From: Pelomyxa schiedti
Lineage: Eukaryota > Protista > Evosea
Assembly (NCBI GenBank): GCA_020536535.1
Contig: JAHLWZ010000836.1
Location: 25,513-89,512, forward strand
DNA: 64,000 bases
Direction: 5' to 3'
Shown here: one piece after another, positions 35,007 to 45,600 of the stretch
Layout of the letters: the number at the start of each line of letters is the position of its first letter
How positions within the stretch are numbered: position 1 is the first letter of the stretch
The notes under the pieces: model-generated
What the model was told of the DNA's origin: nothing
Databases searched by the model: none
What the model saw: only the letters and a program-made list of their open reading frames with translations
Made by a program: the position numbers and the translations under genes

Positions 35007-35190
35007 ACGCCATCACTTCTTGCCTTGATTTGTTTTGCCTCACGTCTGCTACACGGGGTATTTTAAAGTTTTTTGAGGATCTCACGGTTTCTTTTTTTGA
35101 CAGTAAAAGGCAGGGGAGTGGCGCCATCGTGTCATAACTAAAAGGGTTATTTCGAAGAACTAAAGAAAGGGATTAATTCTTGGGGAACCA

Positions 35191-35330
35191 TTGCAAACAA
35201 TGGCTCCACGTTGTCCAAACGCAATGAGCCTCTGTTTTTGGGCACAATACAAGAAGGACAGCTTCGACTTGGGTGGTACAAACAACCAGGAATCCAACCA
35301 CAAAGAGTGTCCTGCCACGAAACAGGCTCC
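35191..35330 (+). mobile_element. Possible relic of a Mutator-like (MULE) transposase
   Basis: Short reading WAQYKKDSFDLGGTNNQESNHK resembles the MULE WA...F..G..TNN..ES.H motif. No long ORF. Confidence 0.3.
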
Positions 35331-35380
35331 CGTGTCTCCGTGGCAAACTTCTCAGACAAAGTTTCACCGAAGCCTTAGTT

Positions 35381-35459
35381 GAATAAAATAATCAACAGGC
35401 ACTGTCATTACGTTATCCTCGCTCAGGATCGGCGGTCTGGTGTTTTTTTTATTCCGCCA
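35381..35459. repeat. Dispersed ~80-bp inverted-repeat element, copy 3
   Basis: GAATAAAATAATCAACAG...CGTTATCCTCGCTCAGGATCGGCGGTCTGG...TTTTATTCCGCC matches copy 2 about 18.6 kb away. Confidence 0.75.
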
Positions 35460-35483
35460 ATTGTGGCTTTTTACCGTAACACC

Positions 35484-37212
35484 ATGTCGGCAACAACTGG
35501 GGAGGAGGCGCGGGTGATGGTGGCCAGACTGTGCGGCACGGCCTCCCGCCCCGGTATGCGCCTTGTGGGCGTTGTGGCTACCGTGGCCCTGGCCTGGGTG
35601 TCGCTGCTGCACTTCGACTCGTACGGCGGGGAGCAGGCGCGGCTGCTGGCCCGCGTGGCTGCAGCGGGGGGGTGCGGCCTGGGCCTTGGTGCAGGCGCAG
35701 GCACGGGCGGCGGTGCCTCCCGTGGCGGCGACCCGAGCGGAGGAGCTGCTACGAGCCACGGCGTGGTGCAATTCGGGCGGTTCTACTACCCTTGGGTTTG
35801 GCTCTCCTCCCGTGCTTAGTTGTTTTTTTTTTTCGTTCCCCCTGTTTTTGTTATAGTTGGTTATGGGTGTGTTAGTATTTATTTCATTTCGCCAGGTCAA
35901 CTATACTTATCAAGTCGATGGAGTTAAGTTTAGTAGCAGGATGTGCAGACCACTAGATGACTACTGTGGATCATACTCTGGCATTATTGAGGCTGAAGCT
36001 GCATTGAACAAGTCAGTTTCCCTTGCATCGGCGTTTCTTCCTCATGTTGTATTTTAGGGTATTAAATTTTGACACGATGGTCATTCACAGTGTCTGTGTC
36101 GATCCTGCTGATCCTTCTGTACATTCTTCCTTAATGTCTGATAATGGAATTATGCCAAGTAATTCACTATTGTAGGTAGCCTTCTTAGAGCCAGCGGCTT
36201 CATTTAGACCGTATCTCCTTTTCCTGCTTTTACCTGCGGAAATTGTAATTGCTCTCCTGTCCATCTTTGCTGTTGGACCCTTCCATGGGAATCCTTACCT
36301 TAGCCCTTATGTGACAAAACGAAATTGCTTCATTTTTTATTTTGTAATCTGTCCAAACTAAAAATGACCATACCAACTCAATGGTAGAATCGCCTTTCAA
36401 CAGCAATGCAGCGCAAACTCTTAGCCCTCTTGGCTTTTGCTTGGTTTCTATGTCTTCACCTCGTTTTTTACAAATATCATACAAGGTAATCCTTCATTTT
36501 ATCTTTCCAGTGATTAACCACTTAGCCCAGGAACCCATTCAATGAACCTAGTAACTTACATTCAAGGTCAGCTACTGTTCTTTGGTGTGTTCTGAAGAAA
36601 TGTAAAACGTAATTAATTAACAATTGCAAGGAATTCTGGCCTACATCCGGCTTAAACTCTCTAAAAAGCCCCTGCTTTCTAATCCTACATTAATTATCGA
36701 GCAGGACAATGTCACCGGACTCCCCATTGCAATGGGGCAAGATTTCACAGTAAACACCATGCTGCCACACTTGACCTAATCCCACAATCCTTCCAATTCA
36801 GATTACCGTGGAGTTCAGTGTGCTTGAGAACACTGTGATCAATGACGCCAGTGTGCAACTGCAGTGCACCGCGTTCCGCGGAGACAAGGCACTTGGATTC
36901 CACGGCAGGAAAACCAAGCCGGCACTCTCGACTAGCTGCGTTGGGCACATGATACACCGAGGCGAGCAAGTGCGAATCCACTACGGCGTGTTCAACGTGC
37001 CGACTCCATCTTCCGACAAGAAGGACCTGCTGTGCTGCCACGCACAAATGAAAGAAGCCAGGGGCAGTGGTACAATAGTGGGGCCACCAAAGTGCGTATT
37101 CAGCTGGGCGATTGTGCACCAGATCGATGTGATGCTAGCCAGTGATGTTTCCCACCTTGATACACCCAGGCACCATTTCGATGTTGGAATTTGGGAGACA
37201 AACTGCACATAG
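35484..37212 (+). CDS. Hypothetical membrane protein, multi-exon
   Basis: ATG at 35484, hydrophobic segments, GT-AG introns, final 134-aa exon ending TAG. Confidence 0.5.
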
Positions 37213-37442
37213 GGCCTGCAACAAAAAAAGTTCCAGATTGGTAGTATGCTTTTTGGCATTGACACACTTCTCACTTTCGAGAGTCCTGGAATACAGTGTT
37301 TTTCTTTTGTGAAGATTGGCATGAGAAGTCCCCAGGAAAAAAAAATCCCAAACTTTTGTGCTGAGAGCAACACCCTGATTCATCAAAACGAATTTTTTAG
37401 TGTGAGTCCCAAAGTTAATAATATCCTTCAGAGCTCATGCCG

Positions 37443-39431
37443 TCACGGGAAAAACTCAACAATGACTGAACCACTTCCATACAGTGACGACAAGCCAACA
37501 GAACAGCCCTCTGCCCCGGGATTGTGGATGAACGAACCACCCCAACCCCCACCCGTGCCACACACAGCACCCACCCGATGCCACACAGAGTAGGACCACC
37601 TGAACACTCCACGCCCGCCCCGTCTCCGCGCCAATCACTACTGCACTACCGCCACCGCCACCTCCCCCCCCAAAACCGCCATTCCCAAAATCTTTGGGGC
37701 TATCATAGCTGCTAGCCCCAAAGAAGAGAAGGGGGTTTCCCCCAGACTTCCCTCCAGTGCCGCCAAAGCGTGGGGACTTACCACCTTCGGCTGCTGGATC
37801 GGACATTGATGTGCTGCCGGCACAGCCATTAGAGATCCAGCCAGCCCCTCCTCCTGCCCAGATGGTTGGCCCCGTTTTGGAATCCATACTTGTGGGCTGC
37901 GGCTCACCACCACCCCCACCTGTGCCTCCACCACTAGACAGGCGGTTCCCGTGTGTGCCGTTGCGTGTTAGGCTGGCATCCTGGCCATTGCTTGTACTTC
38001 CCCCCCCTCCACCTCCTGCACATATTAAAATGTTGCCAGAACCGTGCTCCCAGACGAATGTACCTCCGCCACCTCCTCCATTTCTAGCTCTGGTTTCACC
38101 CCCCTGACCAACAAGGATGGCGATCACTGCGCCTTCTTCAATTGCCAAGAATGATGTAACAACAGCCCCACGCCCTCCTTTGGCCCCGAAATTTTTGGCA
38201 TCACCACCACTTGCTCCAATAGCAGTGAATTTATACATTCCTGAGAATGGAACGATCCAACGCTGTATTCCTCCTGAAAGTGTGACACTCATTTGGAATG
38301 GTGAACTATAGCCAACAGTGGTCGGTTCTTCTTTGATTCTCCCATCAAGTGAGGTGAACTGGAATATCCTTGCTGCTTTGACTATTGCAATGACTTGCGT
38401 CAATTTCGCCGCTTGTGTGCGATTGTCTGTTTCCAATTGCTGGCACAGTCTTGACAAGCGTAGAATTTCCTCATTGCAATGAATTTCTAAGTTGGAAAAC
38501 ATCTCTTTGAGTCTTTTGTTCTCATTGACCAGTGGCCCAAAAATGGGGTTAAGTTTAGCAATAGTACAGGATTGGATATGCTCATCGTAATGGCATTTTG
38601 GGCCACTCCATGTGCAAAAAGGCTGTGCACAACACTTCACAGTCACTCTCGAACATGCCTTCTGATGCTCCTCCATTACTCTTGGTCTCACTTTTTCCCC
38701 ACATCCATTTGGGCAGTCTTTCAGCGAGATTAGTAAAAAAGACATACAAGGCAAGGGGTAAGTACTTATAGGGCAATCAGACTCCTTGTGTGACAGGTCC
38801 TTAAGCGATCTCCTTATCACGTGGTCCCCACAAATGTCACATACAACAGGTACACTCAAGCACTCTGTTTGCTCGTGTTGCAGTTGACTTCTGGGGGCAA
38901 CTTTCATGCCACAGTGCATGGGGCATTCTGTACCACAGTGAGCAATATATGACAGTGGCAGGCCACATACCAATTGGACACTCGGGGATGTGAGAGCAAA
39001 GTGTGTCCCTCTTGAATATGGCGCCGCACACAGGGCACTTGACTTCAATCAGAGCCAACTTTGCCAAAATAGGCTTAGCAGTGACAGGCTTTAGTTTGCC
39101 TTCCATTTCCTCATCACACAATGGACATGTTTTCCTCTGATTTGTATATAATATGAGAAAACAAACAACAACCAAAGGGAATGTGCACACAGTCATAGAG
39201 CAAGCCATACACAACCAGGCACTGCAATCGTGAACAACTGGATGATATGCAATTGCTGAGCACACTACGCACGTGTACCGTGCATCTAACATTGTCCCCT
39301 CTAAGTACTTGAACCACGACCCCGGTTCCTCCTGGATAGGAACGAGTGAGTTCGGTGTATAACAGATGTGTGTTCGTCTTCTACACCTTTGTTAAAAGGT
39401 CCGCGTCACAGTTGGTCGTATGTCCCGCCAT
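37443..39431 (-). CDS. TRAF-like E3 ligase: RING + TRAF-type zinc fingers + coiled coil + ALK/LTK-like glycine-rich domain; C-terminus frameshifted
   Basis: CVVC...HDCSAWLCMAC...CPLC RING; CPMHCG, CPNGCG and CTWSG...H...C fingers; GGIQRWIVPFSGMYKFTAIG. The terminal GGSF...GSGSVIVE lies in a different frame (stop at 37443). Confidence 0.8.
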
Positions 39432-39601
39432 GCCTTCGAACAAAAAAAAAAAGAAAAACTGTTACTCCTTCTACCCTCCGGTGAATAAAAAGTGTACCGC
39501 CAGGCCTTGAGTGTGAAACGAGCTATCTATTGAGCTCCCCACAAGAGGGCAGGGGGATCGAAACCTCCATCTCCAAAGCACAAATTGAATTGAAAAAATC
39601 G

Positions 39602-41284
39602 ATGGCATCGTTGGGTGGTGTGGCGGTTGGCGCTGTTGTGTGCTTGTTAGTTGTGGTTGGGTATCCCACAATTGCGAGTGCACGTCCTCATACTGTGGAG
39701 CAGCCGTATCTATCCACTGCCAACCTGACAATAGGCATGTGGTGCGGCATACCCCCTCAGTACCTCTCCTACGACCGCGTGGCCGAAGTAGCCGCGGCGG
39801 GGCTCACGGTGGCCTCTGGCCCCTGCGAGGGCACCCCCGACTACACCTACAACTCGGCCCTGGCCTCCTACGCCTCGTCGCTGCCTGCCCCCGCCCGCCT
39901 CTCCGTCCTCGTCACCGACTCGCGCGCCGTCTCGGCCGGCTACGGCGACGACGTCTCGGCCAACGTGGCCGCCGTGGCCGCGGACTACTCGCCCTACCCC
40001 GCGGTCTCGGGCTACTACCTGCGCGACGAGCCGCCGGCGCAGGACTTCCCGCCGCTGGCCAACGCGACGTCGGCCTTCCGCGCCGCGGACCCCTCGCGCC
40101 CCGCCTACGTCAACCTGCTGCCCAACTACGCGTCGGCGCAGCAGCTCGGCACCGCCACCTACGCCGAGTACGTCGAGCTGTTCGCGCACGAGGTCGCGCC
40201 GGCCGTCACGAGCTACGACTTTTACAACTTTTACAGCGACGGCTCCGACTCGACGGGGTTCTTCTCGAACCTCGAGGTGTTCAGGTCGGTCATGCTCGAG
40301 TACGGCTCCATCGAGTGGTGGCTGTACATCCAGGCGATAGAATTCTCCGGCCACAGGGCTACCAGCGAGGAGGAAAAGAGGTGGGCCGCGATGCACACTA
40401 TTGCTTACGGGGCGTGCGGCGTGTGCTACTTCACGTACTGGACTCCCCCCCAGACAAGCGAGGAATTCGGGGAGGGCATCATCGCGTACGACGGAACCCA
40501 GACGGTGCAGTACCCCCAGGTGCAGAGGATAAATGCGAAGTTGGCGGCCTTGGGTGCTTTCACTTGCGCCGCATCTTCCAAGGATGTTTGGCACAATGGT
40601 GAGCTTAGCCCAGATACGCACCCTCGCCCGTCGTGGGACTCTGTATATGTTCGGGGAGGCAATGCTGTTACCGTGGGCAAATTCGCGGCCTCGGATGGCG
40701 GTGAGCTTGCTCTGATTGTCAACAGGGACTACACCTCCCAACAGCTTGTCAACTTGTGCCTTGCCTCAGCGGATTCAGCACCACTAGAATTCAGTACTAC
40801 TTCCAACAGTTGGGTGGCCATGGATGTAATCAGCGGCGATGAGTGGTGTGTCAACGTCCAAGTGGAAATTGATGCCGGTGATGCGGCTCTTGTGTATCTC
40901 AAGGGACCAGTTCCGGCCGGTGAGCCTGGAGCCGAGGCCTATGTTGGAGTTGTGAGGCATGATATCGGCTCCCTTGATGTTGTGGATTCCCAGTGGGGAA
41001 CAATGGAATTACGAAGTGCAGGCTGGCGCGACTGTCCAAGTGGCTTCAGCCTCGTTGGTGTTGATTTCGAGTCTAACGGCTTCTGGCTGTGTGCCAGGTC
41101 TGACCTGAGTTCAAATACATTCTACCTTGGAAATGTTGTGAAGGATGCAGGCACCCTTTACAAAGTGAGTGGGGGAACTGCAACTCCAAGTGGTTCTGCT
41201 AGTTGGAACACATGTCCTGATGGAAGCACACTTTTGGGAACTATGTTTGACAGCAATGGCTTCTGGTTGTGTTGTGTTCTCTAA
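39602..41284 (+). CDS. Secreted glycoside hydrolase-like TIM-barrel protein (clan-A/GH42-like) with two C-terminal Cys repeats; intronless
   Basis: Signal/TM segment; GYYLRDEP, YVNLLPNY, SYDFY, YGACGVCYFTYW; two copies of W..CP.G..L.G..F.SNGFWLC. Confidence 0.75.
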   Translation: MASLGGVAVGAVVCLLVVVGYPTIASARPHTVEQPYLSTANLTIGMWCGIPPQYLSYDRVAEVAAAGLTVASGPCEGTPDYTYNSALASYASSLPAPARLSVLVTDSRAVSAGYGDDVSANVAAVAADYSPYPAVSGYYLRDEPPAQDFPPLANATSAFRAADPSRPAYVNLLPNYASAQQLGTATYAEYVELFAHEVAPAVTSYDFYNFYSDGSDSTGFFSNLEVFRSVMLEYGSIEWWLYIQAIEFSGHRATSEEEKRWAAMHTIAYGACGVCYFTYWTPPQTSEEFGEGIIAYDGTQTVQYPQVQRINAKLAALGAFTCAASSKDVWHNGELSPDTHPRPSWDSVYVRGGNAVTVGKFAASDGGELALIVNRDYTSQQLVNLCLASADSAPLEFSTTSNSWVAMDVISGDEWCVNVQVEIDAGDAALVYLKGPVPAGEPGAEAYVGVVRHDIGSLDVVDSQWGTMELRSAGWRDCPSGFSLVGVDFESNGFWLCARSDLSSNTFYLGNVVKDAGTLYKVSGGTATPSGSASWNTCPDGSTLLGTMFDSNGFWLCCVL

Positions 41285-41366
41285 TTAAGTAGTAACAAGA
41301 CTTGTTTCCGGTTTTTTTTTAAAAAAGACAGATAGGAGTAATTACAACTGGGTAAGTTAGGCCAGG

Positions 41367-42390
41367 TTACTGGTGTTTGCAACCAGAGCCCTTTTTGGCA
41401 GAGCCACTGGATGAGAGTGCAGGCGAAGAATGTGAGCTTGCTGGTGAGGCATGCGTTCCTCCTGTGGAACTATGACCCGGTTGGGCTGCAGCTGCAGCGG
41501 CAGCCGCTTTCTCTTTCTGAACTAGCTTGGCATGGTAAGCCCGGGCAGCAGTTTCAAAGACAGTTGCTAAGTTGTCCTTAAGGGGGTAATAGTGAGTGGA
41601 TAATATGAAAAAAACGAAACCTACTTGTGTTAATGCAGAACACTCTACATATTTATATGCCCCTATTTCTCTGGCCAGATTTTCTCCCTGGACGGGTTCA
41701 GTAACTTCTACAAGGTGGCTGGAAAGTTACCTGTTCTCTCGGGAGAGTTTTTCCTGGTTTAGAGCGCATATCCGACTTGGTTCCAACCAATACGATTGGT
41801 GGAAGGGGTGTTACGAAATTACCAATCTCAGGGAGCCACTTTGATGTGACTCGGGCAAATGATGATGGTTCCGTGAGAGAAAAACAAATCAAGAAGACAT
41901 CCGTTCTGTTACACAGTTAGAACGCCTGTGTAACACTACAGCAGTATGGGGACGGAATCAGAAAAACGAAAAGCGTACCCAGGATAGCTCAAGGGTCGCA
42001 AGCTATCATACTCCTCCGAACCTGTGGTAAATGTGAACTCATTTTTCTTTAGTCTCTTGCACACCACTTGTATCCCACAGGCCAAAGGCAATCGCAATGT
42101 TGTCAACCATGGCATTTGCATTATAGTTGTCCTATTAAATCGTCACAACTACATACACAATTGAGAGTAGCATACAAAAACCTGTGGGTAAGATACTAAG
42201 TTTTGGGGATAAAAACCAAATGAAATACCGTAGGTACATAGTCTCCAGGAAACGAGTTGGTTGTGTACGAAATCAATAAACATGTTTTCCCTATACCGTC
42301 GTTTAAAAAAAAAATTGGACAGTAAAAAAACGAACCGACGTTGCCGTCACCAACGACCATGACCTTCAATTCAAATGCTTTCTGCGACAT
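41367..42390 (-). CDS. Rho/Rac-family GTPase with atypical switch II
   Basis: [64 protein letters not shown], and C-terminal CKHQ. Confidence 0.92.
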
Positions 42391-42622
42391 TTACAACACA
42401 CTAATAAAAATAAACTGGAGCGGATTAAAAGTGGTGCCACCAGCGGCACTACTTGATTTTTGTTTTTTTTTTTTTCTTCTTTCCTTGTGGAGATACTTTG
42501 AAGTTTGTTTTCAAGGACTTTGTCAGCCCCGAAAGCGAAAAAACAAAAACCACTGGTTGAACCATTTTTCGCCATAGGGCGAACACATCTCATCTATCGT
42601 ACTTCATCACCCATCACACGAC

Positions 42623-45600
42623 TCAAACGGCGCTTTTCCACTCGCCCATAACTGTCTCAATGATGGCAACGTAGTTGTTGATAACCTCTTCCCTCCACTC
42701 GCCCAACTGCTTGTTGTTCTGCGCCACTTCTTGCACCAATGCTATGAGTGCCTCGCTCTCTGTGAGGTGTTTTTTAAAGAGGCACGAAAAGACAAGATTC
42801 GATGTCAAACCTCACACCTGCTTTGTGAGTGGCTATCTCGATTTGGAGCTGTGACACCCGTGACTCCAGAGTCCTGCGCTCTGTTGCCCAGTCTCGTTGC
42901 TCAGTGCTCACAATCACAACACCACATCTTCCGTGTTCTTTTTTTTTCTTCCACCACCTCTTCAGTCCCATGTTTGTGGCTCAAAGAGAAAAAAGTTGTG
43001 ATTTCTTTTCTTTATTATACTGTAAGTGTGGCAATGTATGAGTAACTGAAATGGTTTCCCGTTATTTTTTTTTTATCTATTAAACACAAACACAGCTCTA
43101 AGTTGAGATAGTGTGGTTAGTGATGAATTTGGTTGCCGTTGAACTAGTGCTTGTTCGAAATGGGATTGAGTGTGTGTGTGGTTGTTGTGTGATTGTTGGA
43201 TGTGGCAGCTGCATGCCGTGATTGGGTAGCAACTGACACTTTCCTTCCTGTTTGTGGTGATGTTGAGGTTGATGCTACTGGAGTGGTGGCTAAGGCAATA
43301 GCCGGTGATATGCTGGGCTTGCGGAGTGTGGATGGAGAAGAGTTCTGTGTGGCTGGAGTGTTGTTGGAACCAGAACCCGGCTTTGTGGGAGTGCTGTTGT
43401 TAGTAGTGGTATTGCCATTGGTGCTAGTTTGAGACTGTTGGTGCGCATTGTTGGCTGCCTTTGGTGCGGGGGTTGGCTTAGCCCCGTTTGGAGGAGTGGT
43501 GGTGCTGTTGTTTTGAGTCCCGCTGGGGGACGAGGCTTGATCTGATGATGTGTCGGGACCAGAATCGCTTGGGGACAGTGGTGGCGACTTCGTGGCACTG
43601 TTTTCATCATCCTGACTTCTTTTAACTTGAGGAGTAGATGTTAACTTTTTCTTTTTTGATTGCTCACAGCTATACCTGATTTGGCAGTGGTCGGGGAATT
43701 GACAGGTGACCCTTCAGGGGTAGGGTCTTCTCATCAATAAGTTAAATAGAAAATAGTGTAACACATACCGGCGTTTGATGAAGAACTCTGCGCTCTCTTC
43801 TTTGAGTAGCCGGTCATCTGTGCATCTTTAACCATTGTTGCAATTTCCTACAGTGGGATGACAGTAAAAGAAAAAAGAAAAAGCAGGAAAGACTACCATC
43901 TGAACTTCAGATTGCAGTATATGTATCGAAGATGAGGGCTCCGAAAAGGCCACTCGGCCAAATTTTTCTCGGAAAAGAGGAACCAATTCCGATTCAGTTT
44001 TACAGAGCTGTTGTTGTTGGCGGTTTAAAGGGAGTTTTATTGAAACCTTATCCTGAAATCTGAGCAGCAAAACTGTAACATATGTAATGACGTCAATGGT
44101 ATCAGCGGGTGGATGTGAATCAGAATCGATATTTGGTCTGAGAAAGAACGGCCCGAAAATGGAAGCAACCTATCTTTCCTATGAAAATTGCGAATTTGGT
44201 GAGTATCTGTACTTTTTGAAGATCTTGACCACACTCACTACTCCAATATCGAAGAAAAGAAAGAACATAGGTCAGAAGTGCGCTATTTGGGAATGGAAGT
44301 TGCTGTATAAGCCATTTAAGAGTGAGTATTTCGGAATCTCCTGCGCCTTGCCCAATACCTGTGATAGTAAGTTGAGTCGGCTTCAAGTGATGAAAAATAT
44401 ACGGGAAAGCATCATCTCTCCAACTTTAGCAAATTTGGGGTATAATGAGGATGTGAGCAGTGGTTCGGGTAACTCTGCAAGGTACAATTTGACAACTTCA
44501 CCCAAAGTTACATAATCGGTAAACGATTGGTCTAGCGGTTGACCTAATATGCATTAGCTTAAACCACAGGGGTTGGTGAAAACCAGAATCAAACTGAGAC
44601 TTCAGTTTCTCTAGAATAGGGTAATTTCCCTCTTGAGTGAAAATTTTATCATTGCCAATTGCTGAAAACCACTTATTCTTTTATCACTCACATTGTAAGA
44701 GGAAACCTCTAAGATACAAGCAATTCAACACTTCACGCATAACAGGTGGCACTAATCTTTGCTCTGGGCGAGAAGAGATAACTTTCATGTCAATTCCGAA
44801 TTGTTTTGTATTTTCTGTTTGCGAGAGGTCACTTCCTACTAACGTAAAATAAAAATACCATTGACCCGGGACTGAAGGAAAATACAGAGTTATGGTGAGA
44901 AAAATTGGAAATGATAGGGGAAGTACCTTGGTGGATAAAACTGCAAACCAGTGCCTTGTTTGCTCTTCCTGAGGTGCAGCAATCTGCAATTGTAAGAGAA
45001 GGAAGGAGTTGATGTGAGATGTACCACAAAGGGCTTTTCCTCTTTAGGTCGGTGAACATTCCGTTTTAGCATAATGCAGAGCTGTGAATTGTCTCTTACT
45101 AGTACTACATCGTAAAACTGAAGTGCCATTATTCTTTTTGGAAATGGATCCTGAGATTTGGTTGGTAAGATATTTTCTAAGAACTGTTAACCTGACTATC
45201 AGAATAACACAGCAGGAAGGAATCCATTACTACAAGCCATCGACGTTTTTCTTTGGTGAAAGCCTGGGTTTTTCTTGTTCTTGGTTGGACTTCCACTTGC
45301 ACAGGTTTGAAGCAGTAACTATGAAAACGAGCTTCAAATTTGTTCATATAACCGCATAAAGCACCCTCGGTCTATAGATTGTTGGTACGGAATAGTAGTA
45401 GAAACAGATTACAAAGTTAATGTTTTGTACTCGGTTTCTTATCTGCTCCTCTGTTTCTGGTCTCTTACCATTTGATGAGAACTCATTTGAGGAAGAAGCT
45501 AGATTACAATAATTTGGTCAATTGGCATCACAACAACCACTCCACTTCCAGACAGTCTATGATCGTTGTAGGAGAGGTTCCCGTTAAGCCATTTTACTAA

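Noticed and set aside
39490-39590. Minus-strand GGAGGTTTCGATCCCCC...GAGCTCAATAGATAGCTC, resembling a second permuted tRNA-like element
   Set aside because: T-loop is TTTCGAT with a mismatched stem, there is no GG in the D-like loop, no proper 7-bp acceptor and no anticodon arm; compatible with chance in a divergent promoter.
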